A stretch of 53,348 nucleotides of DNA. It comes from Cirrosporium novae-zelandiae. Its lineage: Eukaryota. The DNA lies in contig JAPETS010000049.1 of assembly GCA_026023565.1 (NCBI GenBank), positions 124,001 through 177,348 on the forward strand. The letters run 5' to 3'. Position numbers and translations under genes: made by a program. Below the pieces are notes generated by a model, which saw only the letters and a program-made list of their open reading frames with translations, had not been told where the DNA came from and searched no databases. Of the stretch, positions 26,107 to 39,043 are shown piece by piece; the first letter of the stretch is position 1; each line of letters begins with the position of its first letter.

Positions 26107-26778
26107 TTAAGTAGTTTTCATCCAATGTCTTGCTTGGTCGATTGGAATAACCAATCTCCTAGGCTTTTTTCCCTTTCCCGCCATCTCTTTCCTCCCTTCT
26201 TTCCTCCCCTCCTTATCTCTTTTGTCCACTTCCATATTTGCGTCCGTTACAATAAATTTCCTAGCCTCCCTCCATGTCCAACCCTCGTCACTGTGATCTA
26301 AATGCTCCCTGGCGGCTTCTCTCTTCTTTTTATCCCATAACCCATCCACAAATGCCCCAACAATCATACTTTCACATCGTCGAGGCCAACGATCAAGCAA
26401 GTCCTGCGCAATAGCAATATACGTAGAGATTGGCATGGCCGGTGTTTGAGTCAAAGTGGCTAGTTCGGTTTTGAGGTGCGATTGGGTCTCGTTAATTGGA
26501 AGCAGGGAAAGATCAACCTGAGTTTCTTGGATGATGTCAACACTACTGGTAGAGGGTTTGAGAGGTTTATTCTGGTGAGACTGAAATGTGGATGACTCGT
26601 AGGGATCTGAATCTTCTAACCTGCTAGTGTCGAGGTTGGTAGCAGGGTGATCTTCGTACGGCTGTTGATGAGATTGTGATCTCTCGATATTGTCAAACCT
26701 TTTCTCAAGGCCCTTCATTTGCTTCTGAAGCCGATAGGCCCAGAGAAGGGAAGTAGGCGTTTCCATGTCATACTGCAT
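26107..26778 (-). CDS. Hypothetical protein (coiled-coil N-terminus, possible Gag-capsid-like C-terminal helices)
   Basis: Uninterrupted ~223-codon ORF with PTSLLWAYRL near the N-terminus and LTQTPAMPISTYIAIAQDL...IVGAFVDGL...WTWREA near the C-terminus. Confidence 0.6.
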   Translation of the reverse strand: MQYDMETPTSLLWAYRLQKQMKGLEKRFDNIERSQSHQQPYEDHPATNLDTSRLEDSDPYESSTFQSHQNKPLKPSTSSVDIIQETQVDLSLLPINETQSHLKTELATLTQTPAMPISTYIAIAQDLLDRWPRRCESMIVGAFVDGLWDKKKREAAREHLDHSDEGWTWREARKFIVTDANMEVDKRDKEGRKEGRKEMAGKGKKPRRLVIPIDQARHWMKTT

Positions 26779-27094
26779 CTCTATCACTATCGATTAAGCG
26801 GTATGCGATATAGATAGGTATAAAAGCGTTCAACATGTCCTTTTTCTCGGTTACGCAATTGAAGGGCATCCATCGTATCTTGGCATGGATGCAGAGGATA
26901 GTTGCAACAACATGAATCAAACCCAAGAGCCTCTAAATTACCATAAATAAAAAGAGGTCTTGGCATTCTTTTGAATTGAGATCTAACACACGCCTGGATT
27001 TATACGAATACCAGGCACACTATCTTAGCCCTTCTGCGACACCCGATAGCTAAGGTGCCAACATCGGGAGCCCAGAACAGAAAAATAAGATAAT

Positions 27095-28960
27095 CTATGG
27101 TATCTCGGCATCTTCATCTGCGCCAAACCCAAAGCTGAATCCTCTGTTGGTCCCGGGTACCTCATTATCAACCTTGCAGAGCTCTTCCCATTTCCTTTTC
27201 TTTCTACTTCCATTATTTCCTAGGCACTTAATCGCTTCGTCTAAAACCTCGGGGTATCTCTCCTCCATGCGTCGTACGAAAAGTGCATATGGGTCCTCAA
27301 TTTCTGCCTTAAATCCGGAAACCTGGTCTGCAGTATTATCCTTCAGAAACTTCAATACCGCTGGTAAGTGCGCCCGAGGAACAAAATTCTGCGTGATAGC
27401 TATAGCTGGACTGAGATTGACCACTAGGTGCCACCATCCTGATGGAACGTGAAGAATTTCGCCTTCATAGCATATTCCTTCGATACAACCCTCGACACGG
27501 CGTGCTTCAGCATGAAAATTTACAAGCCACTCCGCGATACTTAAAGGGCTAGTGACTTCACTTTGGTCTTCAGAGACAAAGACACCAGGCGGAGGAGGAC
27601 ATAAAGCCGAAGAAGGGAACATGATCCAATACTTGGATCCCCGGATTACAGCATTCCAGGCACTGGTCGCGTTGGGATCTTTGTGGAACGTACTGCCACT
27701 TCTCTCAGGCCCCATGATAAGCCATCGATGGTCTGGTCGTTCCTTGCCCAGCGCAGAGAAATAATCTGCCTTGAAACAATCAGGTATGGTATAATCACCA
27801 TCTGGCTCGCCCACTTTTATGTTCATCTTCTCGACGAATCCTCGATCGAAGAGGTATAACGGACTTTCATCAGAATTGCGCTCCATATACTCTACATAGA
27901 CTAGTAGAGGCCAGTCAACAGCTTCAGCCCGAAATTGGATATTTCCATATCGTTTAACAAGCTCTTCGGTGGACCACGTCTTAAAAAGCTTCCAACTCCG
28001 GACTGGGTTGGTTAATATGAAGGGTGTTTTTGTCCAGCTTTTAGAGAACTCATCCTCCGAGAGGTCTTCCAGACGAAGTATCTGATTGTGAGATGGAATG
28101 GTTCGGGCGAAGGGGTCCAAAGGCACATGAGTGCAAAAGAAAGGTCGATAGAGGGTATCAGAAAATAGGTTATCACAGGTTATTCTGGCAATATGAGAGG
28201 AAGATAGCCCTAGATAGGTTGCTCGCCAAGTGCCAAGCCATTCGAGAGGTGCTGTACGGTCACTACAAAAATACTCAGCCTCCATTCAAGGGTTGTATTT
28301 TGAGATAGAAGAATGATAACGACTATGAGTCTATTCAAACTGCATAGAGAGATGGTAAACCAAAGCATGTATATTGCGTCCTCTCGAACATTAGTGATAG
28401 ACACACTGATTACCTCATCAAGGAACGCATCCTCACTTAAGGCAAGACGTTCTTAATGCTACGTTCAAACAAATAATGGAAGCCAGACAAGTCAAACTAT
28501 GTCCCATCAAGTTATATGGTAAAATGCCTGAGATAGGCAAAGATATATCCTATTGTAAGCTGCATAAATTGCTACTAGTAATCTGTATATGGGAGGAACT
28601 GAAACAAAATAAGACTCGGAAAGTTGGTAGGTTCCGATTATAATAGGCTTTGTTGGGCGGAGAACAATATTGATTGTAGGGGATAAAGAGACTAGATTCA
28701 TACCGAATAAAGAGGGTTTTCCAAAGATCATCTTGTCTGGTAAAAGCAAGAAGAACTTTGCAGGTCTGTCCCAAAGCAGATAATGCTGAATGGTTGAGGA
28801 ACTCTAGGACCTGAATTAATATCTCATGGGGTAGAAGCTCAAAGGTGCCGAGACTTCGGTGATGCTGCTTGTGATGAATGTCCATGTAGGCGTTTCCAGA
28901 TGGTTTGATTCCCAGAGGATGCGCAGGTATCATTGAAAAAAGATTGTCAAAGCTCGACAT
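27095..28960 (-). CDS. F-box + JmjC domain protein (JMJD6-like)
   Basis: HPLGIKPSGNAY and F-box LPHEILIQVLEFL. JmjC motifs DESPLYLFD, RWLIMGPERSGSTFHKDPNATSAWN and VPSGWWHLVVNL. One 441-nt intron (28263-28703). Confidence 0.9.
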
Positions 28961-29240
28961 GTTGGGAAAGGGTGATTTTGGCTTTGGGTTGCTGGCCCTA
29001 ACCGCACAATGACTTCGGGGGGGTTGAGGGGGTTGAGGGGTTTGAGGGGTGATTTCTCAAGTATTGATTTATTGGCATTGATCAGTCAGATCACTAGATT
29101 GAAGCAATTCCATATCAAGTTTAGGGGAATGGAAGGTGATGAATTGTATGTAGATGGAATTTGTGGGTTTAGAAAGTAGGCCATCACCTGAGTTTTGATA
29201 ATATTTAATCCGCGGGTTGGCCCTGGGCTCTTCTCGCTCA

Positions 29241-29251
29241 GAAAATTTTCA
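29241..29251. promoter_or_regulatory. RRPE-like motif upstream of eIF4A
   Basis: GAAAATTTTCA (reverse complement TGAAAATTTT) about 320 bp upstream of a translation-factor ATG. Short motif, so it may be chance. Confidence 0.3.
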
Positions 29252-29563
29252 AAACTAACTAACGGCAACCTTTGGAACTTCTTTCTTGAACTTCCTTTCT
29301 TTCCCCCCCCCATCTTCAACCTTCACAACTATAGTGAATCCAAGAAACATAATATTCTTTACAATAGATCCACCGTCCCCTATATCTAGGATTCGTGGCT
29401 ATTCTTTTTCCGCTCTTCAAAGTACCTATTCCTTCCCACTTCGCAGCTATCGCCTTTCCGAGGCTATCACTGCGATTAAAGAACCCCACCAACACTTAAC
29501 AAGTTTTTTTTATCCACAATCACAGCGCAGAGTCTGTGATCCTGACATCAAACAAACGCAATC

Positions 29564-31091
29564 ATGGCGACAGATAAAGGGTTGGATGATGTCCATGAAG
29601 GTACGCAATACTCTATGAATGAAAAAAAAAATTCCCCGTTTTGTCAGTGAATCAGCGCAGAGAATGGTTTGTTAACATTTCTTCCTCCCTACTAGGTCAA
29701 ATCGAGTCCAACTACGATGAAATCACGGATTCATTCGATTCCATGAACCTCAAGGCAGAGCTTCTGAGAGGTATTACCTTTGTGAATGGAGATGAAACCA
29801 CCACATATACTTACTGGTAATTTTTAGGTGTCTATGCATATGGTTTCGAAAGACCTTCGGCCATTCAACAGCGGGCCATTATGCCAGTCATCAAAGGTAC
29901 ATCTATCTAATTTTTACTATATTTGAGTTGTTTCTGACAATGTATTCTTAGGTTCCGATGTTATTGCTCAGGCACAGTCGGGTACTGGAAAAACCGCCAC
30001 TTTCTCAATCTCTGTCCTTCAAAAGATCGACCCAAACCTTAAAGCCTGCCAGGCACTTATCCTTGCTCCAACCCGCGAGTTGGCTCAGCAAATCCAAAAG
30101 GTTGTTGTAGCCATTGGAGATTTCATGAGTGTTGAATGTCATGCTTGCATTGGAGGCACAAATGTCAGGGACGATATGAAAGCTCTTCAGGACGGACCAC
30201 AAATTGTTGTCGGCACCCCTGGTCGTGTTCACGATATGATTCAGCGCCGTGTTCTCAAGACGGACTCGATGAAGATGTTCGTCTTGGACGAAGCTGATGA
30301 GATGCTCTCTGTAAGTTTCGATGAGATAAGCTTTTACTTGCTATTTTCTTTTTTGAATTCTTGATAACTAAACCACTCTTTAGCGTGGATTCACAGAGCA
30401 AATCTATGATATATTTCAGCTGCTTCCGCAGTCTACCCAGGTCGTCCTCCTATCTGCCACCATGCCTCAAGATGTCCTCGAGGTCACCACCAAATTCATG
30501 CGCGACCCTGTCCGTATCTTGGTCAAAAAGGCCGAACTTACCCTAGAAGGTATCAAGCAATTCTACATTGCTGTTGAGAAGGAAGACTGGAAGCTTGACA
30601 CCCTTTCCGATCTCTATGAGACTGTAACCATCACACAAGCTGTCATCTTCTGCAATACCCGAAGAAAGGTTGACTGGCTTACCGACAAGCTTCAAGCTCG
30701 TGACTTTACAGTCTCCGCTATGCACGGTGATATGGACCAGACCCAACGTGATTTGATTATGAAGGAATTCCGATCCGGATCCTCCCGGGTTCTTATTGCT
30801 ACTGATCTTCTTGCTCGTGGTATTGATGTGCAACAAGTGTCTCTGGTCATCAACTATGACCTTCCCGCCAACCGTGAAAACTACATCCACCGTATCGGCC
30901 GTGGTGGTCGATTCGGCCGTAAGGGTGTTGCCATCAACTTTGTCACCCAGGATGATGTCCGAATGATGAGAGAAATCGAACAGTTCTACAGCACCCAAAT
31001 TGAGGAAATGCCTATGAATGTTGCTGGTAGGTTTCCCCCACTGTCTATTTTCATTTTTTATAATAATTAATCCCTTTTAGATCTCATCTAA
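29564..31091 (+). CDS. TIF1: Translation initiation factor eIF4A (DEAD-box RNA helicase)
   Basis: Motifs [59 protein letters not shown]. Ends [11 protein letters not shown]. Confidence 0.97.
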
Positions 31092-31953
31092 ATTCGTCTT
31101 ATTGCAACTTTCTTGCAATGATTCTGGGATGTGTTCTTCCGCCGGGCTCAGGGGTATCATTTGTCCCTCTCAAAGCCCATATAGAGGGGGAGGACAGAAG
31201 ATTTTAACTGATCTGGTCCGTCGGTCCTATGTTGATCAAAAAGCTTGGGTGTCCTAAAAGTCTGGAATGATGATGGGGCAATTTTTTCTTATGCGGATGG
31301 ATGTTGGGTTATGATATGTGCATTCTAATGCAAACCACAAACCTCATGCCTGTCCTGTTCATGGTTTCTTTTTTTTCTCTTTTTCGTCCTTGTGCTACGA
31401 ACAGGCTTCGGCGGGTCTTAGTGTGCTTAACGCTAGGAGGATTTCAATTAGCTCCTTCGGTTGGGTAGCTATAGCAGACGGAACTTGTCACTGGGGCTTT
31501 TCCTTTTTGATAGATGGCAGGGACGACGCCTGCCCCTTAGGCATTGCCTTGGGCTATGAGGGACGCATGCATGCAACATGGTATGATAATGGAACTAGTC
31601 TTTGGTGTTCTATAGACGAGTTCAAATTCAATTACTTTTTCAAATACCTTTTGTCCTAGGAACATCTTCAAATAGCCAGCGTACTTTGTACAATTTTAAT
31701 GGCAATGGAGCCCTGGAACTATATCCTTGGAAGTCTTCTAACCCCAACTCCTATTCAAGTGTCTCAATAAAAAGTACGCCTTACTTATAACTCACAAATA
31801 ATTATAATGTGGGTATCTTTTAAACCACGAGTGCCTCGCTGAGAATTTTTATCTTCGACCAACTCGATAAGACTTTTATTATAAGGGTATCATCCAGGTA
31901 TCATGTCGTGCCTCAACCATAACGCCATCAGCCAGTGCATATTGACAGAAAGT

Positions 31954-32651
31954 TTATTCTCTACTATAGGTAATCTTCAATCGCTTATTCTGCTTCACAT
32001 CACTGTCATCATCGTCTGCTCGGTCGCTTTTCTTATTTTTCCTCTTGATTCCTGTACCACCATTCATGGATCCAGATGCGAAACCTGAGGTTGGAGTGGC
32101 GGCCGGTGTTGTTTGGGAGCTTGGAGGGGAAGGTTCCTACTTAAATTAAACATTAATCTTGGTTGAAAGCGTCAAAAGGAAGGACGGTCGTCGTCGTCGT
32201 TTCCGATCCATAGCAAGCAATTGGAGAGTAGGCTCGAGGTTGGAGCTATGAGGGAGGAACAAACTCTTGTAAAGCTCGCCGAACTATGGCTGAAGACTCT
32301 GTCCTGCTCTGAAATACCACCTTTTCTCCTACTCGCTGCACTTGTAGTACTAGAAGATCCTTTGATGTAATTGTCAAAACCCTTGATTATATTTCCCGCA
32401 GCGGAGGTTTCTTCAAGGTAAGCGCCTTCCAAGCGATAGACGGACTCTTCTATTGCAGCCTAGACGGTATTAGCATTTTATATGACCCTAGAAGCTAAAT
32501 AATTCAAGGAAGCGCCTCGTACTATGTTTCTGTCAAGAATTCTTTTCTTAGCAAGGCTGTCTCGGAGGTCTTGTCGTAGCTTGTCATAATATGGCATGCC
32601 GCGTTTCGACTCTGCATCTTTTGCCGCTGCTTGAGTCCCGGGTTCGGTCAT
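31954..32651 (-). CDS. EAF6: NuA4 histone acetyltransferase subunit Eaf6
   Basis: GMPYYDKLRQDLRDSLAKKR, LEGAYLEETSAAGNIIKGFDNYIK, DRVFSHSS. Last exon ends KRLKITYSRE*. Confidence 0.9.
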
Positions 32652-33179
32652 GATGCTGTTTTTTGGAAGAAGTATGAGACGGATACAAGTTCAAGCAAGA
32701 GATGGAAAAGAGCTTGACAATCCTATAGTTCCCATTGGTGATCTGACCCTAAAAGGTTAGCACCCATTGCTCTTTTGTAATGGCTTGGTCTCGTTTGGCG
32801 TGTTTGCATGTGTATTCAGTAATTAATTAAATAGCCATGCGCTGGATAACAGAGGCACTCATAAAATTGATTCTCCAGGCATTTATTATTTCACGACTTT
32901 ATAAAAGAATTATAAGAGTAATACATATTAATTTAATAATTGTTCCTAAATGTTTAAATACATTAATTACATGATTCTTCGAGGAATATAGTGAGAATCA
33001 CTTTGTGAGTGCTAGCTTATGAAGCCTTGGCACGGAATATTCCGGACCGACTCTTCCAAGTCGAGATAACCTTTCATGTCTACAAATCAATACCCTAGGT
33101 AGATTTCACGGATATTCACCTCATTGAAACATAAATCCGTTCTATCTACCCTGCCTCCCCTTTCAATAGGCTATATATA

Positions 33180-33907
33180 ATGGACCATCATAGTCACATG
33201 TCTCAAGTCGGAGGTATGGATATGGGGCATGGTGGTATGGGACATGGCGATATGTGCAGCATGAACGTTAGTTATTTACTTGTATTCATCTTTACGGTCC
33301 CTAATGCTTATTTACTCTATCTAGATGCTATTTACCTGGAACACCAATAACCTATGCATCGTTTTCCGTTCTTGGCATGTTAGATCCACTGCAGGCCTAA
33401 TCGTGTCTCTACTGGCCATCGTCCTCCTATCGGTTGGGTATGAAGGGATCCGGGAACTCAGCAGGAAATATGAAGCTCGTTGTGTTAAACAGATACAGGA
33501 GCTACCCAGTAAGCATATGCCCCGTTCCATCCTACCCTCGATTGGTTATTATAGGTGTTTGAGATCCTCAATGAGAATGCCTTGCTGAACCATTAATTAA
33601 GTTGAAGGTGAAGAAGAGACGAGCTCATTGCTGTGGCCATTAGGGAGGAATATCCAGGAGCAGGAGAAAAAACAAAAGGTCATCAAGTCAATACTTTATG
33701 GGATACAAGTGTTTTACAGTTTCTTCATCATGTGAGTTCATCAATTGAATACCGATTCCAGGATGTTCATGGAATAACCCTTATTGGTTCAGGCTTGTTT
33801 TCATGACATATAACGGTTGGGTCATGGTTGCAGTAGCAGTTGGGGCTGCACTAGGTTATATGGTGTTTGGTCATTCTAGTGCGACTAAGGACGTAGCATG
33901 CCATTAA
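33180..33907 (+). CDS. CTR2: Ctr-family copper transporter (Ctr2-like)
   Basis: Met/His-rich N-terminus MDHHSHM..MDMGHGGMGHGDMCSMNMLFTW. YSFFIMLVFMTYNGW (MxxxM motif). C-terminal ACH. Confidence 0.9.
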
Positions 33908-34341
33908 ACAAGGAGGAGAGTATTTCAGGACCGGATGGTGGTTTTTCGGGGATTCTTATGCAACTAGTCGTTATATTGCTAGTATAGCTGTTATTTAGTT
34001 ACTGTAAGTGTGTATTCGGCTACCTTGTTCGGATTATTTTACCTGACACGCTTGTTCATTATTTGTATATGTTTATGTACCATAGTATTTTCGAGTGTAC
34101 CAGAGTAGATAACTCGATAATGACGTGCGGTCTTCTTTCCGCATCCCGCGGCCAAGCCTTACGCCGACTTCGGAATCGATAACGGTGATGTCGGATCAAG
34201 AACATCAATTATCTAATGAAATATTTCACCCATAGAACTTGTTCTAGTATATTTTCCAGTTGATTTCATCTGTCTTTTATTCTGTATATAGCCCGCATAT
34301 ATTTGGCTTTCCAGGATTTCAGTGTCCAGTCTGTATGAAAT

Positions 34342-35317
34342 ATGGCGTCTATCAAAGCAAAGTGCCGCAAAGTCATTTGCATTGGCCGTAACTATGCGTA
34401 TGTCATCTCCCTGTTGGAAGAGGACGGACAAGAACAAAACCGATGTCAAAAGAGATAACTATATTGGCATGAGCAAAGTGCTTGAGTATACATCTATTGC
34501 AGCTACCAAATGGTTCACCTACAAGGTTCATTCCAAGCAATTAGACTCTTTCAATAAAGCATCTCCATCGGCCACCTAGGCATCCGCTCCGATATCATGG
34601 TTTTGTCACGCCCCTTCAACTACCTTTTATCTCTTCATATATTGAGACCATGCTAAACTATAACTCCGTAGTGATCATATCGCCGAACTCAATAACACTC
34701 GGCCTACGACCCCTTTCTTTTTCCTCAAACCCCCATCCTCTATCCTTCCTCCTAAGGCCGGTCCAATTCTCCGACCTCCCCACGTATCCCTCCATCATGA
34801 AGTTGAACTTGCTCTTATAATGTCTCGAACTCTACGTCACCTCCATCCCAAAGACACAGCCGGCGCCTTTAGTGCTATAGGTGCCTATGCGACTGCGATT
34901 GATCTCACGGCTCGGAACGTGCAAGCTGATGCAAAGAAGAAAGGATTACCGTGGACGATAGCCAAGGGATACGATACATTCTTGCCGCTATCAGAGGCTA
35001 TTTTATCTGATAAGATTCCTTCCCCTGCGACATCACCGATTGAGCTTTGGCTTTCTGTGAATGGCAAAATGAGACAGCAGGATTTAACTTCGTTGATGCT
35101 ATTTGATATTCCGAGGATATTGTCCGAAATAAGCGGCGTGATGACATTAGAGGAAGGAGATGTGGTCCTTACTGGGACCCCTAAAGGTGTTTCGGAGATT
35201 AAGGAGGGTGATTTTGTGAAGGCAGGTATGAGGATCGATGGAAAGGAGATTGAAGGGAGTAATATAGAGGTTGGAGTTGAGCTCGACGAGGTGGCACCAT
35301 CCATGAAAGAGCAATAA
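34342..35317 (+). CDS. Fumarylacetoacetate hydrolase family protein (Fmp41/FAHD1-like)
   Basis: KVICIGRNYA/DHIAELNN..PFFFLKP, HHEVELAL, IDLTARNVQ, GLPWTIAKGYDTF, GDVVLTGTPKG. Intron 34398-34671. Confidence 0.9.
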
Positions 35318-35499
35318 TGTCTTCTCCTAAAGTCAGGACAAAAAGTTACATCACTAGAACCTCGAGTGTCACATTCATCCAGCATTTGTTTCCCTTTGCA
35401 TCTAATATTCTCCCCCGTGGGCTATTAACATACTTGAGCTTGGGAGCGGCTTATGCTTTATAGACGTCTCATGGAGGTGGTCATGGAGCAATGACTTGT

Positions 35500-38400
35500 T
35501 TCACGGAAACAATCTAGGCGAGAACGGCAATTCAACTTCTAAAGGACTATTTTGCCGGTTTCTATACTTGCAGATGGTGGACAAAGAACTTTTTCCAGGT
35601 CGCACCTACCAGATGTGGTAAACGAATACTCATCCAACAATTATGCGTATCTCTATTTTAGATAATTTCAACAGAGCTTTCCAGACCTAGACCCATGCTG
35701 ATGATGGGCAAGACCGGTCAAGAGTGCAAAAAATCTACCCGGCATTGTACGGTTGTCAGACAACAAATCTACTCCACCTCCAATACGGATATTTTCTGTG
35801 TTTCTCTCGAGCTGAAGAGGTGCAAAAATTTACTGGATAGAGCAAGGAAATTAAGGCGTTTGGCTTGTTGTGACAACCTAGTGGTTCTTCCATTGACATT
35901 TAATTATACAAAAATTCTACTCCATAGGAATGAGACTATAGGTAAGCTTTATATCTCTCCGAGTGCTCCAGGAGCATACAAGCTTCGCTATTCGCATAAC
36001 TAGGATTTGAGCCGTTCTAGTTGGTTTGATTATACTGAAGAGAATGCCACTTTGAAAAGTCAGTCGTGTCAGGCACCAAAGGGCCGGAATGGACAGGAGA
36101 GCATGTGATTGTTGAATACTAGAGCAAAAATAATAGTGAGCAGTGATCATTTATAGCATGCTGGCCTCGATACTGGGGCCTCTCGTCTCGACGTTGGCCC
36201 TATTCATTCGTTCAAAAACCATAGAACCAAGACAGCTCCGACCACAGCCTAGCCAACACGATAAAGTTAGAATCCGATGATATCTGAAATTTAACGAAGT
36301 AGGCATCATCCAGAAGAAAACCCTTTTGGACTCTTTCGCTCGAGCAACATGGTCAAATATCCTTGGTGTCGAAATTCGTTGGATCTATCCTGAAGCATGA
36401 TAAGACAAACCTTTCTATGTCAAGAATTGTACTAGGTTGGGCTTCTGGATCTCTTCATAACGATTTGATTGCAACCATAGAGTATGAAATTATTGTTCAA
36501 TACCATATCGTTCACAATATCATATGTTTTTCTAGATGCTCCAATCTTTCGACAATAAGGCGAAGCTAAACTATATTGAGCTCGAAGAGATGATGACCTT
36601 GAAGGAGAAATACATTACTCAACATGAAATTCTTGAATTGGCGAGGCCATCAGACAGTCTCCTGTGGACTTGTACGTTATAGATGACTATCACGGAGCTT
36701 TGGCACCCTCACACCTTCGCTATACGCCATTTCAGCTTCATTGTCCCTACACAACGTGGAATGTCAAGGTCCTTGGCCTCTTCATTCAGCCCCGGAACTT
36801 GAAGAGACTAGTGAAATATTTAATTTTGAGAAATAGATAGCAATGAGCTATGTGCAATTCGGTGAAGTATTCAATCTCCATAATGCAGGTGAGAACTACC
36901 TTTGGATCCATCAAAAGCCCTTGGAACTACAACTTCGTCGCCGTGACATGGGGCACTCAATGCCAATGATTCGACTGGGAGATGAATACCGCAGTGGTCC
37001 AATCGCGGTACCAGGAACTACTTCAACAGCTCCACCAAAGACAATGCTATCAAGTGTGGTTGAAAGTCGCGCGCTCAGCTTTGTGGAGAACCCAGTTATG
37101 CTTGTATCGAATGAATAAATCTCTCTAGAACAGAACCATGTACCAGGTAACTCTGGTTTTCTTCAAAGGGAAGCTTGAATTAACTGTTGCCAGACTGAGA
37201 GTCCTTAACGAAGGCTCCGGAGATGTTGACGAGGTCAATGATCCTGCCGAGCTTCATGATAACGTCCACTAAACCCGCAATCAAGTTAATTATTTAGGCT
37301 TGACTAGTAAATCCGCAATGCTACAACACCATCCTCTTGGTCAAAATGAGACTGCACAACTGGCATCTTGGGACGAAACTCAATCTACTCCAGATTTCTC
37401 TTTGAGACATTCCTCGACTGCTGCTCTCTCTCCCACGAGTGGTTCATTCCCTGGTCTCATGGAGAAACCTTTTCATCAGAATAAATTAGTGCTATGCCTC
37501 AAGTCTATTGCTGAATAGAAGAATTTTAAGCTCTAGACATCTCTGGGAGCATTTGTATGCCTTGTTCTGCCCTTTTATGGCTCTCGCTAAACATCTACAG
37601 GGAAAAATTATCGAAGGTAACTCGTATCAAATTACTCTGCTCACAGACGAGAATGGTGAGACCAGGAAGACGCTGTATATCGCATCCTCGATGTTTTTTG
37701 CTAGATCAATCTTCTGGTGACCTTTATTCCGCTGGTTGAAGTCCGTCCATGGCTCCCTATAGTGCAACCTCTATCGAGGCTGCCTGGGTCCAGAATATTT
37801 CTACTAGTTTTTACGTCATAGCATCGGCAAGTGGGTCATCATTCTTTGCGCTTGACTTTGGGAGCGAAGGTAAGCCGCTCTGCTATCTGTGGTCCCCTCC
37901 AAGCTATCAACTCTAGATGCCTCGTTTGCCAAGTCGTAGGCTTCGGAGCCTATGCTATCCAATGAACTAAACAGACATGTATCGCTCTTTCGCGATGTTG
38001 AGATTCCTACGTGGCGGAGCCTATAACTGATGGAGTGACAGGAATCAGCATCATAATCTCCACTCCCATAGTCTTAGCGACTACGATACCTATCGCCGTA
38101 TTGATATTGGCTATGGAAGCCCAAGTATTCTTTGGTCTTCCCGACCACTATCGCTCAAAACCGGTTAAGGTGCCAATGTTTGACTTCTCTTTAATCCATC
38201 GAAGGGTTGTAGTGGCAACCCTGACCGTTCGTGTCTGACCTTTACTCAACAATTCACAATGTCCTAGTGGTTCTTCATTGCGGGTATTATGCAAAATACT
38301 GCCTAACTGCTCCCTACGGTCATAGTTGGGGTACCTCCAATCTTCGTTCAATGTTCCTGTCGGGTATCAGTGATCCTAGCTATAACCTTTCTCGTTGGTA

Positions 38401-38888
38401 TTTGGGCTATCATGCTCTGAATCCTTGTTATTCTTTCCAGAGAGTACTCTTGGGTGTTCCGAGTTTTGCAATCGATTTTGGTGGCCTGCGCTGGTGTCAA
38501 ATGCTCTGAGGCATTTTGAATATTGGCCTATATCTACCTTGGACAGGAAGTCCAGTTCCAGGCGCTCTCTAAGGACGAGCTCCATGACTTTAGCTCGGGA
38601 GCTTTGATACACTCCAAGGCGTTGGATTCGGCATGATTCTTCTACAAACCCTAGAAAGGTTCCACATTCCATTTACACTCGTTGTAGCTCAAATCCTAGG
38701 GTCCCATTCACTATTGCAACATGAGCATCATCATCAAACAAGGCCGGCCCTGGAGATGTTTTCTAGAACCTTTCCATCAATATTTGGAACAAATTCGGAA
38801 AGGGTTGGTATTGGATTTCCTTGTTCTTTCAGTTGGTTATCTGTATAGGACTTTTGTGTTCAGGAAGGAGCGATTGTTTAAACCTTAG
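35500..38888 (+). pseudogene. ags1: Alpha-1,3-glucan synthase pseudogene (heavily deleted, many stops and frameshifts)
   Basis: Collinear relic motifs: APGAYKLRYSHN*, WTGEHVIVEY*, LIATIEYEI, DAPIFRQ*, DLYVIDDYHGALA, LSLHNVECQGPW, YVQFGEVFNLHNAG, NSYQITLLT, SASGSSFFALDFGSEG, FFGLPDHYR, APYGHSW, GFGMILLQTL, FRKERLFKP* (stop 38888). 5' boundary approximate. Confidence 0.88.
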
Positions 38889-39043
38889 GTAATGGTGAAC
38901 TTTACGTTGCGTTTTGTTTTATTGTTTCCGTCATATATCCACGTTCCGGATGTACAAGTTTGATCATTGTCGCGCATTCATAGAGCAATACCCTGCAATA
39001 AAAGTTCCCTTTGAAAGCAAGTGACAAGCCCTTGCATTTTCAT

